A stretch of DNA of 64,000 bases from an uncultured Alphaproteobacteria bacterium (GTDB lineage: Bacteria; Pseudomonadota; Alphaproteobacteria; Methylaequorales; Methylaequoraceae). The stretch covers positions 66,987 to 130,986 of the forward strand of contig CABZFH010000004.1 in NCBI GenBank assembly GCA_902524895.1, given 5' to 3'. A program made the position numbers and the translations under genes. The notes under the pieces are model-generated. The model made no database searches and had not been told where the DNA came from. It was given only the letters and a program-made list of their open reading frames with translations. This document shows, one piece after another, positions 54,452-63,961 of the stretch (positions are counted from its first letter, which is position 1; each line of letters starts with the position of its first letter).

Positions 54452-55048
54452 TTAAATATCATTTTTTTCGAGCAATTCAATAGCTTTAAAAATATTTTTA
54501 CTAACCAAATCCAGATATTTCGTCATTGCTTTTTCAACCGCAGTTTTTGCTACTTTTTTTGGATCACACACAAAAAAGTCTTTTCTGGTTGCTGAACCAA
54601 CCGCTCTAATTTTTGAATCAAAGATTTTTTTATTTCCATTAAAAAAAGAAATTTCACCATTTAATACCAGATTAAATTCTGATTGATCTCCGTTATAATC
54701 AAACTTTGCGAAGGCTTTTTTTTGTGAAATCTTTAAAAATAAGTTTTCATTGTTTTCAATCAAATCAATAGAATTATCAAACTTTAGATTGGAAAAAATA
54801 TTCTTCAATAGTTTATTTATTTCATAGTCGTAAATATCATGAATATTTATATTGAATTTTTTTTTTTCACACCTAAAAAAATTATAATTTTTTTTTAGTT
54901 CCCAACCTTTAGAATCTAAGGACACAAAAAATTCATCTTTAATTAGTTTTAAATTTTCTGGTTCCTCAATAATTAATTTGTTACTACTCTGTGAACAATT
55001 TAGTAATAACAATATACAAAATAAAATCTTATAATTAGCTTTAAACAT
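54452..55048 (-). CDS. Hypothetical lipoprotein
   Basis: Signal peptide with lipobox LLNC. Confidence 0.45.
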   Translation of the reverse strand: MFKANYKILFCILLLLNCSQSSNKLIIEEPENLKLIKDEFFVSLDSKGWELKKNYNFFRCEKKKFNINIHDIYDYEINKLLKNIFSNLKFDNSIDLIENNENLFLKISQKKAFAKFDYNGDQSEFNLVLNGEISFFNGNKKIFDSKIRAVGSATRKDFFVCDPKKVAKTAVEKAMTKYLDLVSKNIFKAIELLEKNDI

Positions 55049-55117
55049 TTTACAAAAAAGTTTAATTTGATTTTAATACTTTATTGAGAAAATTAAATAT
55101 TTTTTGGAAATTATATT

Positions 55118-56560
55118 ATGGATTTAAAACAAATAGGTTTTAACTTTGACAATTCATATTTGAACCTTTCTCAAACAACTTACATAAAAATAAAACCTCA
55201 GCCTGTTTCAAACCCTTCAATGGTTCTTTTTAATAAAGAGCTTGCTAAAGAACTGAATTTAGATTTCTCCAAAATACCATCTGAATTCATATCTAAGATA
55301 TTTGCAGGCAATCTAATTCCCAATAACACCGAGCCTTTTTCGCAAGCTTATGCTGGCCATCAATTTGGTCACTTTACAATTTTAGGAGATGGAAGAGCAA
55401 GTATTATTGGAGAACATTTAAATCAAAAAAATCAAAGATATGATATACAGTTAAAGGGATCGGGGAGAACGCCTTTTTCACGGAATGGTGATGGTAGAGC
55501 CGCCCTTGGACCTATGTTAAGAGAATATTTAATTAGTGAATCTCTTTATTCTTTAGGTATACCCACTACTAGATCTCTAGCTGTAGTAAAAACTGGAGAA
55601 TCTGTTCAAAGAGAAATCATTCATCCTGGTGCAATCTTATCAAGAGTTGCTAGTTCTCATATAAGAATAGGAACGTTTCAATATTTAGCTTCTAATAATA
55701 ATACAAGTGATTTAAAAAATTTGTTAGATTATACAATTAACAGACACTATCCAGAAATAAAAAAATCTAAAGATTCTGCTGTTGAATTGTTACATTCTTT
55801 TATGCTTAGACAAATAAATTCGGTTATTGAATGGATGAGAGTAGGCTTTGTGCATGGAGTAATGAATACTGATAATATGACTTTAAGTGGAGAAGCAATA
55901 GATTTTGGACCTTGTGCATTTATGGATGTTTATAAACCAAATACTTTTTTTAGTTCTATTGATTATAATGGTAGGTATTCTTATAAAAATCAGCCAATAA
56001 TTACGAAGTGGAATATTGCAAGATTTGCTGAAAGTATTATTCCACTTATTGATAAAAATAAAGAAACCTCAATTAAACTTGCTACTGAGGTACTAGAGTT
56101 ATTTGATAAATATTTTCAAAAAAATTGGTTAGAGATGATGAGATCTAAAATTGGACTAATAAGAAAACATAAGGACGACAAAAAGTTAATTTTAAGGTTA
56201 TTGACAATTATGGAAGAAAGAAGAATGGATTTTACTAATACTTTTAGAATGTTAAATCAAAAAAAATTATATTCAAAAAGCTTAGACTTTAAAAACTGGT
56301 ATAGTGATTGGCAAAAAAGAGTTGGAAATTTTGGCTCTTTTGAATCATCACAAAAAATTATGATGATAAAAAACCCATCAGTTATTCCAAGAAATAATTT
56401 AGTTGAACAGGTTTTAAATGATTCAAAATTTGGAAACTATAAATCAATTAAAAATTTTTTGAGGATTTTAAAAAAACCGTATAAAAACTACCTTAAAGAA
56501 ACTATATTTATTAAAGATCCAAAAATTGATCCAAGTTATAAAACTTTTTGCGGAACATAG
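55118..56560 (+). CDS. selO: Protein adenylyltransferase SelO (YdiU/UPF0061)
   Basis: QAYAGHQFGHFTILGDGRA, LKGSGRTPFSR and HGVMNTDNMTLSGEAIDFGP motifs. Confidence 0.9.
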   Translation: MDLKQIGFNFDNSYLNLSQTTYIKIKPQPVSNPSMVLFNKELAKELNLDFSKIPSEFISKIFAGNLIPNNTEPFSQAYAGHQFGHFTILGDGRASIIGEHLNQKNQRYDIQLKGSGRTPFSRNGDGRAALGPMLREYLISESLYSLGIPTTRSLAVVKTGESVQREIIHPGAILSRVASSHIRIGTFQYLASNNNTSDLKNLLDYTINRHYPEIKKSKDSAVELLHSFMLRQINSVIEWMRVGFVHGVMNTDNMTLSGEAIDFGPCAFMDVYKPNTFFSSIDYNGRYSYKNQPIITKWNIARFAESIIPLIDKNKETSIKLATEVLELFDKYFQKNWLEMMRSKIGLIRKHKDDKKLILRLLTIMEERRMDFTNTFRMLNQKKLYSKSLDFKNWYSDWQKRVGNFGSFESSQKIMMIKNPSVIPRNNLVEQVLNDSKFGNYKSIKNFLRILKKPYKNYLKETIFIKDPKIDPSYKTFCGT

Positions 56561-56563
56561 TTT

Positions 56564-57466
56564 ATGCGTAACCTCTTAATTAACTTACTTTGTTTTAATA
56601 TAATACTTCTTTTATTTGCAAACGTTTCTGCTGCTTCCAGAGATTCTCTTAAAGTGATAACAACGTTTACTATTCTGGCGGATATGGCACAAAACGTTGC
56701 AGGTGATTTGGCAATAGTTGAGTCTATAACTAAACCAGGAGCGGAAATACATGATTATCAACCAACACCCAAAGATATTTCTAAAGTAAAGGATGCAGAC
56801 TTAATTTTATGGAATGGTTTTAATTTAGAAATTTGGTTTGAAAAATTCTTTGTTAATTTTAAAAATATTCCCAGTGCAATACTCACAACAAATATTGTTC
56901 CAATTCCAATCAAATATGGAGATTATAAAGGAAAACCTAACCCACATGCATGGATGAATATTGAAAATGCAATTATTTATATTGATAATATAGAAAAAGC
57001 ATTGTCAAAAATTGATAAAAAAAATGAAAAAATTTACAAATTAAATGCTAACAATTATAAACAAGAAATTTTAAAAAATATTCGTCCCATTAAAGACAAA
57101 ATTCTTTCAATACCAACTAAAAAAAGATGGTTGGTTACATGCGAGGGAGCTTTCAGCTACCTTACAGAGTATTACGAAATGAAAGAATTATTCATATGGC
57201 CAACAAATTCCGATACTATGGGCACACCAAAACAAGTTAAAAATGTAATTGATGTAATTAATAATAATCAGATTGAAGTCATATTTTGTGAAAGTACTGT
57301 ATCACAGAAACCTGCATTACAAATTGCAAAAGAAACCAATATTTCTTATGGTGGAATGCTTTACGTTGATAGTCTATCAACAAAAAATGGGTCTGTTTCA
57401 ACATATTTAGATTTATTAAAAAAAACCTCTCTCACAATTATGGAGGGATTGTTACTTAATGAGTAA
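56564..57466 (+). CDS. Metal (Mn/Fe/Zn) ABC transporter substrate-binding protein, TroA/cluster-9 family
   Basis: Signal peptide. LKVITTFTILADMAQNV, EIHDYQPTPKD and NPHAWM motifs are typical of SitA/MntC/ZnuA-like SBPs. Confidence 0.8.
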   Translation: MRNLLINLLCFNIILLLFANVSAASRDSLKVITTFTILADMAQNVAGDLAIVESITKPGAEIHDYQPTPKDISKVKDADLILWNGFNLEIWFEKFFVNFKNIPSAILTTNIVPIPIKYGDYKGKPNPHAWMNIENAIIYIDNIEKALSKIDKKNEKIYKLNANNYKQEILKNIRPIKDKILSIPTKKRWLVTCEGAFSYLTEYYEMKELFIWPTNSDTMGTPKQVKNVIDVINNNQIEVIFCESTVSQKPALQIAKETNISYGGMLYVDSLSTKNGSVSTYLDLLKKTSLTIMEGLLLNE

Positions 57467-58301
57467 ATTTGGAATAATTGCTGAGGGTTTATCAGTTACT
57501 TACAAAAATGGTAAAAATGCACTAGCAAATGCCTCATTTAAGGTACCCCTAGGATCTATCGCAGCTCTTGTCGGTGTCAATGGTTCTGGAAAATCCACTG
57601 TTTTTAAAGCTATTATGGGTTTTGTACCAATAACTTACGGTAAGATAAAAATTTTAGATATGAGTGTTCAAAGTGCTTTAAGGCAAAGCTTAGTCGCATA
57701 TGTACCCCAGTCAGAAGAAATAGATTGGAATTTTCCTGTTTTGGTAAGTGATGTTGTTATGATGGGCAGATATGGTTTTATGGGTCTGATGAGGAATCCC
57801 TCAAAAAATGATATTTACGCTGTGGATGATGCTTTAACAAAAGTTGGAATGATAGCTTTTAAAAATAGTCAAATTGGAGAATTATCTGGCGGTCAAAGAC
57901 AAAGAGTATTTTTTGCAAGAGCAATAGCTCAAAATAGTAAAATCATTCTTCTAGATGAGCCTTTTACTGGTGTTGATGTTTTAACAGAAGAGGTAATGAT
58001 GCAGATTTTAAGAGATATGCGTGATGAAGGAAAACTTATCCTAGTTTCAACACACAATCTTGGATCCGTACCGAGATTTTGTGATCAAACTATTTTACTA
58101 AAAAAAAGAATTCTAGCTTACGGTGAAACTAAAAGAATTTTTAATAGAAAGAATTTAGAAAATACATTTGGAGGAGTTTTAAGACATTTTGTACTGGGTG
58201 GATCTGATTTACATGACGATAATGACAATAGAAAAGTCCACATAATTACCGATGATGAAAGACCATTTATTACTTATGACGACAAGGACGTAACAAAGTG
58301 A
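57459..58301 (+). CDS. Metal ABC transporter ATP-binding protein
   Basis: GVNGSGKST, LSGGQRQRV, LLDEPFTGVD and VSTHNL motifs. Confidence 0.85.
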   Translation: MSKFGIIAEGLSVTYKNGKNALANASFKVPLGSIAALVGVNGSGKSTVFKAIMGFVPITYGKIKILDMSVQSALRQSLVAYVPQSEEIDWNFPVLVSDVVMMGRYGFMGLMRNPSKNDIYAVDDALTKVGMIAFKNSQIGELSGGQRQRVFFARAIAQNSKIILLDEPFTGVDVLTEEVMMQILRDMRDEGKLILVSTHNLGSVPRFCDQTILLKKRILAYGETKRIFNRKNLENTFGGVLRHFVLGGSDLHDDNDNRKVHIITDDERPFITYDDKDVTK

Positions 58302-59146
58302 TAGATTTTTTATTGTCACCTTTCTCTTATGATTATATGTTTAAAGCAATATGGATTAGTGCATTAGTTGGTACTATATGCTCTTTTCTTTCAGCATTTT
58401 TAGTTTTGAAGGGATGGTCTTTGATTGGGGATGCTCTAAGTCACTCAATAGTTCCAGGAGTTGCCGGAGCTTACATATTAGGTCTACCATTCTCATTTGG
58501 AGCTTTTATAGCAGGAGGATTAGCGGCAATTTCAATATTATTTCTACAAAAGTTTTCAGGTTTAAAAGAAGATACCATCATAGGTTTGACCTTTACTTCG
58601 TTTTTTGGTTTAGGTCTTTTTATGGCATCTATCTCACCCATGTCAGTTAGTATCCAAACCATTATTCTAGGAAATATACTTGGCATTTCTGACTATGATA
58701 TTTTTCAAATTTTAATAATTTCTTTTATCACAATAATGATTTTGCTATGGAAATGGAAAGATTTAATGGTGGTTTTTTTTGATGAAAAACAAGCTAAAAC
58801 CATAGGTTTGCGTCCATTTTTTTTAAAGGCTGTATTTTTTATGCTATTGTCTGCCACATGTGTAACTGCATTACAAACTGTTGGAGCTTTTTTAGTAATT
58901 GCTTTAATTATAACGCCTGGAGCTACTGCTTATTTATTGACTGATAGATTCTCAAAATTACTACTTTATAGCACAATTATAGGGTTTTTTTCATGTTTTA
59001 TTGGAGCATACATAAGTTATTTCCTTGACGGTGCAACTGGCGGAGTTATTGTGATTTTACAAACAATATTGTTTATTTTGGTTTTTTTATTTGCACCGAA
59101 ACATGGATATCTTAGGAAATTAAGAATGTATAAGAAAATAAAATGA
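58298..59146 (+). CDS. Metal ABC transporter permease (ABC-3 family)
   Basis: Multi-TM protein with GDALSHSIVPGVA, paralogous to the next gene. Confidence 0.8.
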   Translation: MIDFLLSPFSYDYMFKAIWISALVGTICSFLSAFLVLKGWSLIGDALSHSIVPGVAGAYILGLPFSFGAFIAGGLAAISILFLQKFSGLKEDTIIGLTFTSFFGLGLFMASISPMSVSIQTIILGNILGISDYDIFQILIISFITIMILLWKWKDLMVVFFDEKQAKTIGLRPFFLKAVFFMLLSATCVTALQTVGAFLVIALIITPGATAYLLTDRFSKLLLYSTIIGFFSCFIGAYISYFLDGATGGVIVILQTILFILVFLFAPKHGYLRKLRMYKKIK

Positions 59147-59982
59147 TAGATTTTTTACTGGATCCATTTAATTTTAGATTTATGAATAATGCATTTCTTA
59201 TGGCAGTTATGATTTCTATCCCAACGTCAATGTTGTCTTGCTATCTTGTTCTTAAAGGTTGGTCTTTAATGGGAGATGCTATAAGTCATGCAGTTCTTCC
59301 AGGAATTGTTTTGGCATATATCTTTAAAATACCATTAATAATTGGAGCTTTTATTGCTGGTCTTTTCTGTTCACTAGTCTCTAGTTTTATTAGTGAAAAT
59401 AGTAGAATAAAAAAAGATACAGTATTAGGTGTAGTATTTTCTGGAATGTTTGGAATAGGTTTGGTCCTAGTAACAAAAGTTTCAACTAATTTGCATCTCG
59501 ATCATATTTTATTTGGAAATATTCTAGGTATTACAAATGAAAATTTATTACTAAGTATTTCAATATCTGCATTTGTAAGCTTTCTCATATTTATGAAAAG
59601 GAAGGATCTAATGCTTTTTGCATTTGACGAAATTCAATCAAATGTTCTAGGCATAAACAATAAATACTTAAATTTTTTGCTGATAACATTAACATCTGTT
59701 ACAGTAGTTGCTACTTTATCTTCAGTAGGAATTATACTTTCAATAGGTTTGTTGATCACTCCAGGTGCAATTGTGTTTTTATTAACAAAAAAATTTGATC
59801 AAATGTTGATTTTATCAATTTTAATAACTTCCATATCAGCTTTTTTTGGAGTTTATTTAAGTTTTTTTATGGATAGTTCCCCTGCACCAACAATTATACT
59901 AATTTTATCTTGTATTTTTTTTGGAACCTTAATTTTAAAAACAGCATACAAAAAAGAATTTAGAAAAAAATATTTTAAATAA
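59143..59982 (+). CDS. Metal ABC transporter permease (ABC-3 family), second subunit
   Basis: GDAISHAVLPGIV motif and a 4-nt overlap with the previous gene. Confidence 0.8.
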   Translation: MIDFLLDPFNFRFMNNAFLMAVMISIPTSMLSCYLVLKGWSLMGDAISHAVLPGIVLAYIFKIPLIIGAFIAGLFCSLVSSFISENSRIKKDTVLGVVFSGMFGIGLVLVTKVSTNLHLDHILFGNILGITNENLLLSISISAFVSFLIFMKRKDLMLFAFDEIQSNVLGINNKYLNFLLITLTSVTVVATLSSVGIILSIGLLITPGAIVFLLTKKFDQMLILSILITSISAFFGVYLSFFMDSSPAPTIILILSCIFFGTLILKTAYKKEFRKKYFK

Positions 59983-60020
59983 ACTAGTTAACTTGATAAT
60001 CAGTATTGCAAGATTGAAGA

Positions 60021-61697
60021 TTAAATTATTGCAGTTATTTTTCCTAATCTTTTCGTAAGTTCCATATTTTCGGAGTAGTCAACTGGAATACCAATAATAG
60101 CTGGTCCTTTTTGCATGCTAGCCTCTTTTAGTGCGGAAGGCAGTTCCTCAGCTTTAGTTAATTCAACGCCCCACATCCCAAAAGAATCAGATAGAAACTT
60201 AAAGTTAGGATTATTAAACTTTAAATCAGAGTGATTTCCTTCATATTGCAATTGCTGTTTCCACTTTATTAATCCATAACTACCATCAAGCCATACTATA
60301 ACTATAATATTTATTTTATATCTTACTGCAGTTTCAAGTTCTTGAACATTCATCAAGAATCCAGCATCTCCATTTATAGAAACAATCTTTTTTTTAGGAA
60401 AAGCCATTTTGGCCCCAATAGAACCTGGTAGGGCAAAGCCCATGGTACAAAAACCATTTGAAATCAAACATGTATTTGGCACTGCACAATTATATTCTCT
60501 TGCCACCCACATTTTGTGTGCTCCGACATCAGATAATAAGATATCGTCATTGTTCATAAATTTTCTCACCTCAGACAAAATTCTTTGAGGTTTCATGGGA
60601 AAAGAATTATCATGATTATTTAATTCCAAATCTTTGGTCATAAGATTTCTAAGTTTTTTTCTTTTTTTAATATTAAATAACGGTAATTTATTCTTATTAA
60701 TTTTTTCCAAGAGCCTTTTATTTAATTGGTATAAAGCAGCAGCTAAGTCTGAAATTATTTCAACATCTGGTAAATAATCTTTATCAATCTCGGCAGGGGT
60801 ATAATCAACGTGAATTATTTTTTTCTTTTTTTTTTTAAGTCTATTCCAAGCAGATGGACTGTATTCAACTAAATCGTATCCTATTGTAATCACTAAATCA
60901 GATTCATCGATAGCTAAATTATTAAAATCTCCGCTACCCAATCCAATTGTATAGAGACAATGCTCATCATCTTTTGAAATTCCTCCTTTTCCCATGAATG
61001 TGTTAACTACACCTATACCTAAATTTTTAGTTAAAACTCTTAAACGATTTGAAGCTCTTTTTCTTACAGTACCATTGCCTGCTAAAATTATTGGATTTTT
61101 TGATTTTAAGATTAAATCTAACGCATCATTTACAGCTCGATAATCTGCAGCCGGTCTTCGAATAAGAGTTGGCTCTATCGGTTTATCTATGATTTTTTCT
61201 TTTGCAACATCCTCAGGAATTTCCAAAACTGTTACCCCAGGTTTTTCTGCTTCAGCTATCTTAAAAGCTTTTCTGACCATCTCTGAAATGTTTTCTGAAG
61301 ATAAAATTGTTTGTGCCCACTTTGATATTGGTTTTATCATTCCAATAGAATCCATTATTTGGTGACTTTCTTTGTGAAGTCTTTTCGTTGATCCTTGACC
61401 AATGATCGCTACAACAGGTGCATAATCCATATTTGCATCCGCTAATCCAGTCATCAAATTAGTAACACCTGGTCCTAATGTTGATAGGCATACACCTGCT
61501 TTTCCAGTCAATCTCCCATAAGCATCGGCCATAAAAGCTGCTGATTGTTCATGTCTACACAAAATAAATTTTATTTTTTTACTTTTTTTTAGAGATAACA
61601 TAAAATCAGCATTTTCCTCTCCAGGCAAACCAAATATTCTTGTGACTCCCTCTTTTTCAAGACATTTAATCAACAAATCCGAAGCTTTCATTACCAA
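60021..61697 (-). CDS. Thiamine-pyrophosphate enzyme, acetolactate synthase large-subunit-like
   Basis: N-terminal LIKCLEKEGVTRIFGLPGEEN, GPGVTN and the TPP-binding motif NGDAGFLMNVQELETA. Confidence 0.8.
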   Translation of the reverse strand: MVMKASDLLIKCLEKEGVTRIFGLPGEENADFMLSLKKSKKIKFILCRHEQSAAFMADAYGRLTGKAGVCLSTLGPGVTNLMTGLADANMDYAPVVAIIGQGSTKRLHKESHQIMDSIGMIKPISKWAQTILSSENISEMVRKAFKIAEAEKPGVTVLEIPEDVAKEKIIDKPIEPTLIRRPAADYRAVNDALDLILKSKNPIILAGNGTVRKRASNRLRVLTKNLGIGVVNTFMGKGGISKDDEHCLYTIGLGSGDFNNLAIDESDLVITIGYDLVEYSPSAWNRLKKKKKKIIHVDYTPAEIDKDYLPDVEIISDLAAALYQLNKRLLEKINKNKLPLFNIKKRKKLRNLMTKDLELNNHDNSFPMKPQRILSEVRKFMNNDDILLSDVGAHKMWVAREYNCAVPNTCLISNGFCTMGFALPGSIGAKMAFPKKKIVSINGDAGFLMNVQELETAVRYKINIIVIVWLDGSYGLIKWKQQLQYEGNHSDLKFNNPNFKFLSDSFGMWGVELTKAEELPSALKEASMQKGPAIIGIPVDYSENMELTKRLGKITAII

Positions 61698-61785
61698 CTT
61701 ATATAAATAGAATTACTAATTGAGGTTTTAATTATGATATAAAAAAACATATGAAAATTCAAATTTATTCAAATAATTATTTGAA

Positions 61786-62163
61786 ATGAAATTAATAAAT
61801 TTTATATTGTTTTTCTTTTTTTCAAATTTAGGTATTTTTAATATGTCTCAAACATTTGCCGAAGAACCATGCATAATCAAAAATATTCTATTAATACCAG
61901 AGAATCTGAATTGTTCTAATAATGATTTGATTTTTGCTTATTTTTCTTTTGACTCGAGATACAGTAACCATAAGTATATTTTTAATGAGGTCTATAATGT
62001 TGATATAGTGGACAACTATTTGTCACTAATTAGAAATTTCTTAAAAAACTATTGTAAAGTTAATAATAAGGTAAAAATAAAATATATAATAAATTTTAAT
62101 AAAAATGGTGATGAGAAATACAACAACAGAGTCATTATTTCATGTAATTATAAATACCCATGA
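61786..62163 (+). CDS. Hypothetical exported protein
   Basis: ORF with an N-terminal signal-like segment. Confidence 0.35.
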   Translation: MKLINFILFFFFSNLGIFNMSQTFAEEPCIIKNILLIPENLNCSNNDLIFAYFSFDSRYSNHKYIFNEVYNVDIVDNYLSLIRNFLKNYCKVNNKVKIKYIINFNKNGDEKYNNRVIISCNYKYP

Positions 62164-62315
62164 ATGAAAAAGAATCTGAGCTTAAAGTTTGTCCTTTGTG
62201 TGATGCGCCATTACCATTTAAGCCTATTAACATTAGTTATTACAATAAATCTAATAAAATCTGTGATGATTGCTTTGAAATAGAAAAAAATGAGAGTAAG
62301 GAAAAAAAAGTGTGA
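62160..62315 (+). CDS. Small Cys-rich (CxxC...CxxC) zinc-ribbon-like ORF, 51 aa
   Basis: Below the track cutoff. ATGA overlap with the upstream stop. It reads MNEKESELKVCPLCDAPLPFKPINISYYNKSNKICDDCFEIEKNESKEKKV. Confidence 0.35.
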   Translation: MNEKESELKVCPLCDAPLPFKPINISYYNKSNKICDDCFEIEKNESKEKKV

Positions 62316-62463
62316 TCTCTGCAAAAATTTGGGTCCAACATTATTTAGATGCAGATGGAATAATATCTTAAAATGGAATTTTATTTGTGAAAAGTGTTTG
62401 GTGTTTGCAAAAACTAAACCTTACTATCAATACGGTGGTACATGGAAGGAAAAAAAATTATAA
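62290..62463 (+). CDS. Small Cys-rich (CxxC...CxxC) zinc-ribbon-like ORF, 57 aa
   Basis: Below the track cutoff. It overlaps the previous small ORF by 26 nt in another frame. It reads MRVRKKKCDLCKNLGPTLFRCRWNNILKWNFICEKCLVFAKTKPYYQYGGTWKEKKL. Confidence 0.4.
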   Translation: MRVRKKKCDLCKNLGPTLFRCRWNNILKWNFICEKCLVFAKTKPYYQYGGTWKEKKL

Positions 62464-62493
62464 AAAAATGACAAAATTTTAAGTTTGTAAATT

Positions 62494-63501
62494 ATGGATC
62501 TATTCACACAAGGTTTACTTGGAGCCTCACTATCGTCATCATTAGCATTAAAAAAAAAATCATATAAGGTTGCATGCTTTGCAGGTTTTTTGGGAGGATT
62601 ACTTCCGGATTTTGACATCTTAATTAGATCAAAAAATGATCCGCTACTTTTTTTAGATTTTCATAGACATTTTACACATTCTATATTTTTTTGTCCTATT
62701 GGTAGTATGTTTCTAGCACTATTGTTGTATTTTATTCAAAAAAAAACTTTTAAATTTTCTGAGCTTTATCTTTACTCTCTTTTAGGATTTCTATCTCACG
62801 GATTGTTAGATGCGTTTACAAGTTATGGAACACATTTATTCTGGCCATTTTCTAACGAGAGGATTTCCTTAAATATAATTTCAATTATTGATCCAATTTA
62901 CACTCTAATATTATTTTTTTCTTTAGCTTTTTTTTATTTTTTCAAATCAAAAAAAATTATTAAAGTTGGAATTTTATGCTCAATTTTCTATTTATTTATT
63001 TGTTTTATAAAACATGAAAGAGTTGAAAAAATTGTGTATCAAATTTCTGAACAAAAAAAACATGATATTGAAAAACTTTTAATTAAACCAACAATAGGTA
63101 ACAATTTTCTTTGGAGAACAATATATCTTTATAATGGAATATATTATATTAATGTAGTGTATATGCCAAATTTTAAAGAAGGATACTATATAAAAGGAGA
63201 TACTGTCAGGTTTATTGATAAAGAAAAGATATTACCTGAATTAGGAATAAATTCTAAGCAGAGGAATGATATCTTAAGATTTGCAAAGTTTTCAAATGAA
63301 TATATTTATTTCCACCCAAGCTATAAAAATGTGATAGCAGATTTAAGATATGGAAAAATGCCTTATGACAGTGAAGCACTGTGGGGTATTGAATATGATT
63401 TAGAAAAGCCAAACGATCATGTAAAATATCTTAATCTAAGAAATTATGAAAAATCAGATTACAAAAAATATTGGGAAATGATAAACGGAAAATTAGATTA
63501 A
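62494..63501 (+). CDS. Membrane-bound metal-dependent hydrolase (YdjM/DUF457-like)
   Basis: N-terminal MDLFTQGLLGA, HRHFTHS, several TM helices and a soluble C-terminal domain. Confidence 0.6.
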   Translation: MDLFTQGLLGASLSSSLALKKKSYKVACFAGFLGGLLPDFDILIRSKNDPLLFLDFHRHFTHSIFFCPIGSMFLALLLYFIQKKTFKFSELYLYSLLGFLSHGLLDAFTSYGTHLFWPFSNERISLNIISIIDPIYTLILFFSLAFFYFFKSKKIIKVGILCSIFYLFICFIKHERVEKIVYQISEQKKHDIEKLLIKPTIGNNFLWRTIYLYNGIYYINVVYMPNFKEGYYIKGDTVRFIDKEKILPELGINSKQRNDILRFAKFSNEYIYFHPSYKNVIADLRYGKMPYDSEALWGIEYDLEKPNDHVKYLNLRNYEKSDYKKYWEMINGKLD

Positions 63502-63595
63502 AATTATATTTATGAATGTATTATGAATAAATAACTCAGGTTAGATTAAGTTCTATATTGTTAGGATTATTTTATATTTAATTAAGGAGAAAAAT

Positions 63596-63673
63596 ATGGC
63601 TTGGAATACACCAAAGATTACTGAAATTTCAGTAGGTTTAGAAATTAATTCTTACGCTTGCGCTGAGAAGTAA
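63596..63673 (+). CDS. pqqA: PqqA-like peptide (coenzyme PQQ precursor), 25 aa
   Basis: Not in the ORF track. A strong RBS AAGGAGA lies 5 nt upstream. The peptide MAWNTPKITEISVGLEINSYACAEK carries the E-x-x-x-Y pair (EINSY) and the MAWxTP start that I remember from alphaproteobacterial PqqA. Confidence 0.7.
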   Translation: MAWNTPKITEISVGLEINSYACAEK

Positions 63674-63690
63674 TTTTAACTTATAATGAA

Positions 63691-63722
63691 AACCTGACAT
63701 AGATTTTGTCAGGTTTTTTTGT
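63691..63722 (+). terminator. Rho-independent terminator directly after pqqA
   Basis: AACCTGACA-TAGATTT-TGTCAGGTT followed by TTTTTTTG. Confidence 0.7.
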
Positions 63723-63802
63723 TTAAATTTTACTCAATAATGTTGTTATTGAGAAATTTATATGTAAAACATAATAATAATTTAATTTTTTAAGAGTAAA
63801 TC

Positions 63803-63961
63803 ATGACACTATTTAAGCTTGCAATATCTAGTGCTTTTGTTACAGGCGCCTTAGCTGCTGGTGCCTTTATAACAGGAACTGCTTTGGGATATTGCTCACA
63901 AAAAAAAGATATTGTGAACAAATTAAAGCAACTCACTATAAAAAAAAGACCTTCTGAATAA
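63803..63961 (+). CDS. Hypothetical small membrane protein (52 aa)
   Basis: Below the track cutoff. It reads MTLFKLAISSAFVTGALAAGAFITGTALGYCSQKKDIVNKLKQLTIKKRPSE, with one Gly/Ala-rich TM helix. Confidence 0.3.
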   Translation: MTLFKLAISSAFVTGALAAGAFITGTALGYCSQKKDIVNKLKQLTIKKRPSE

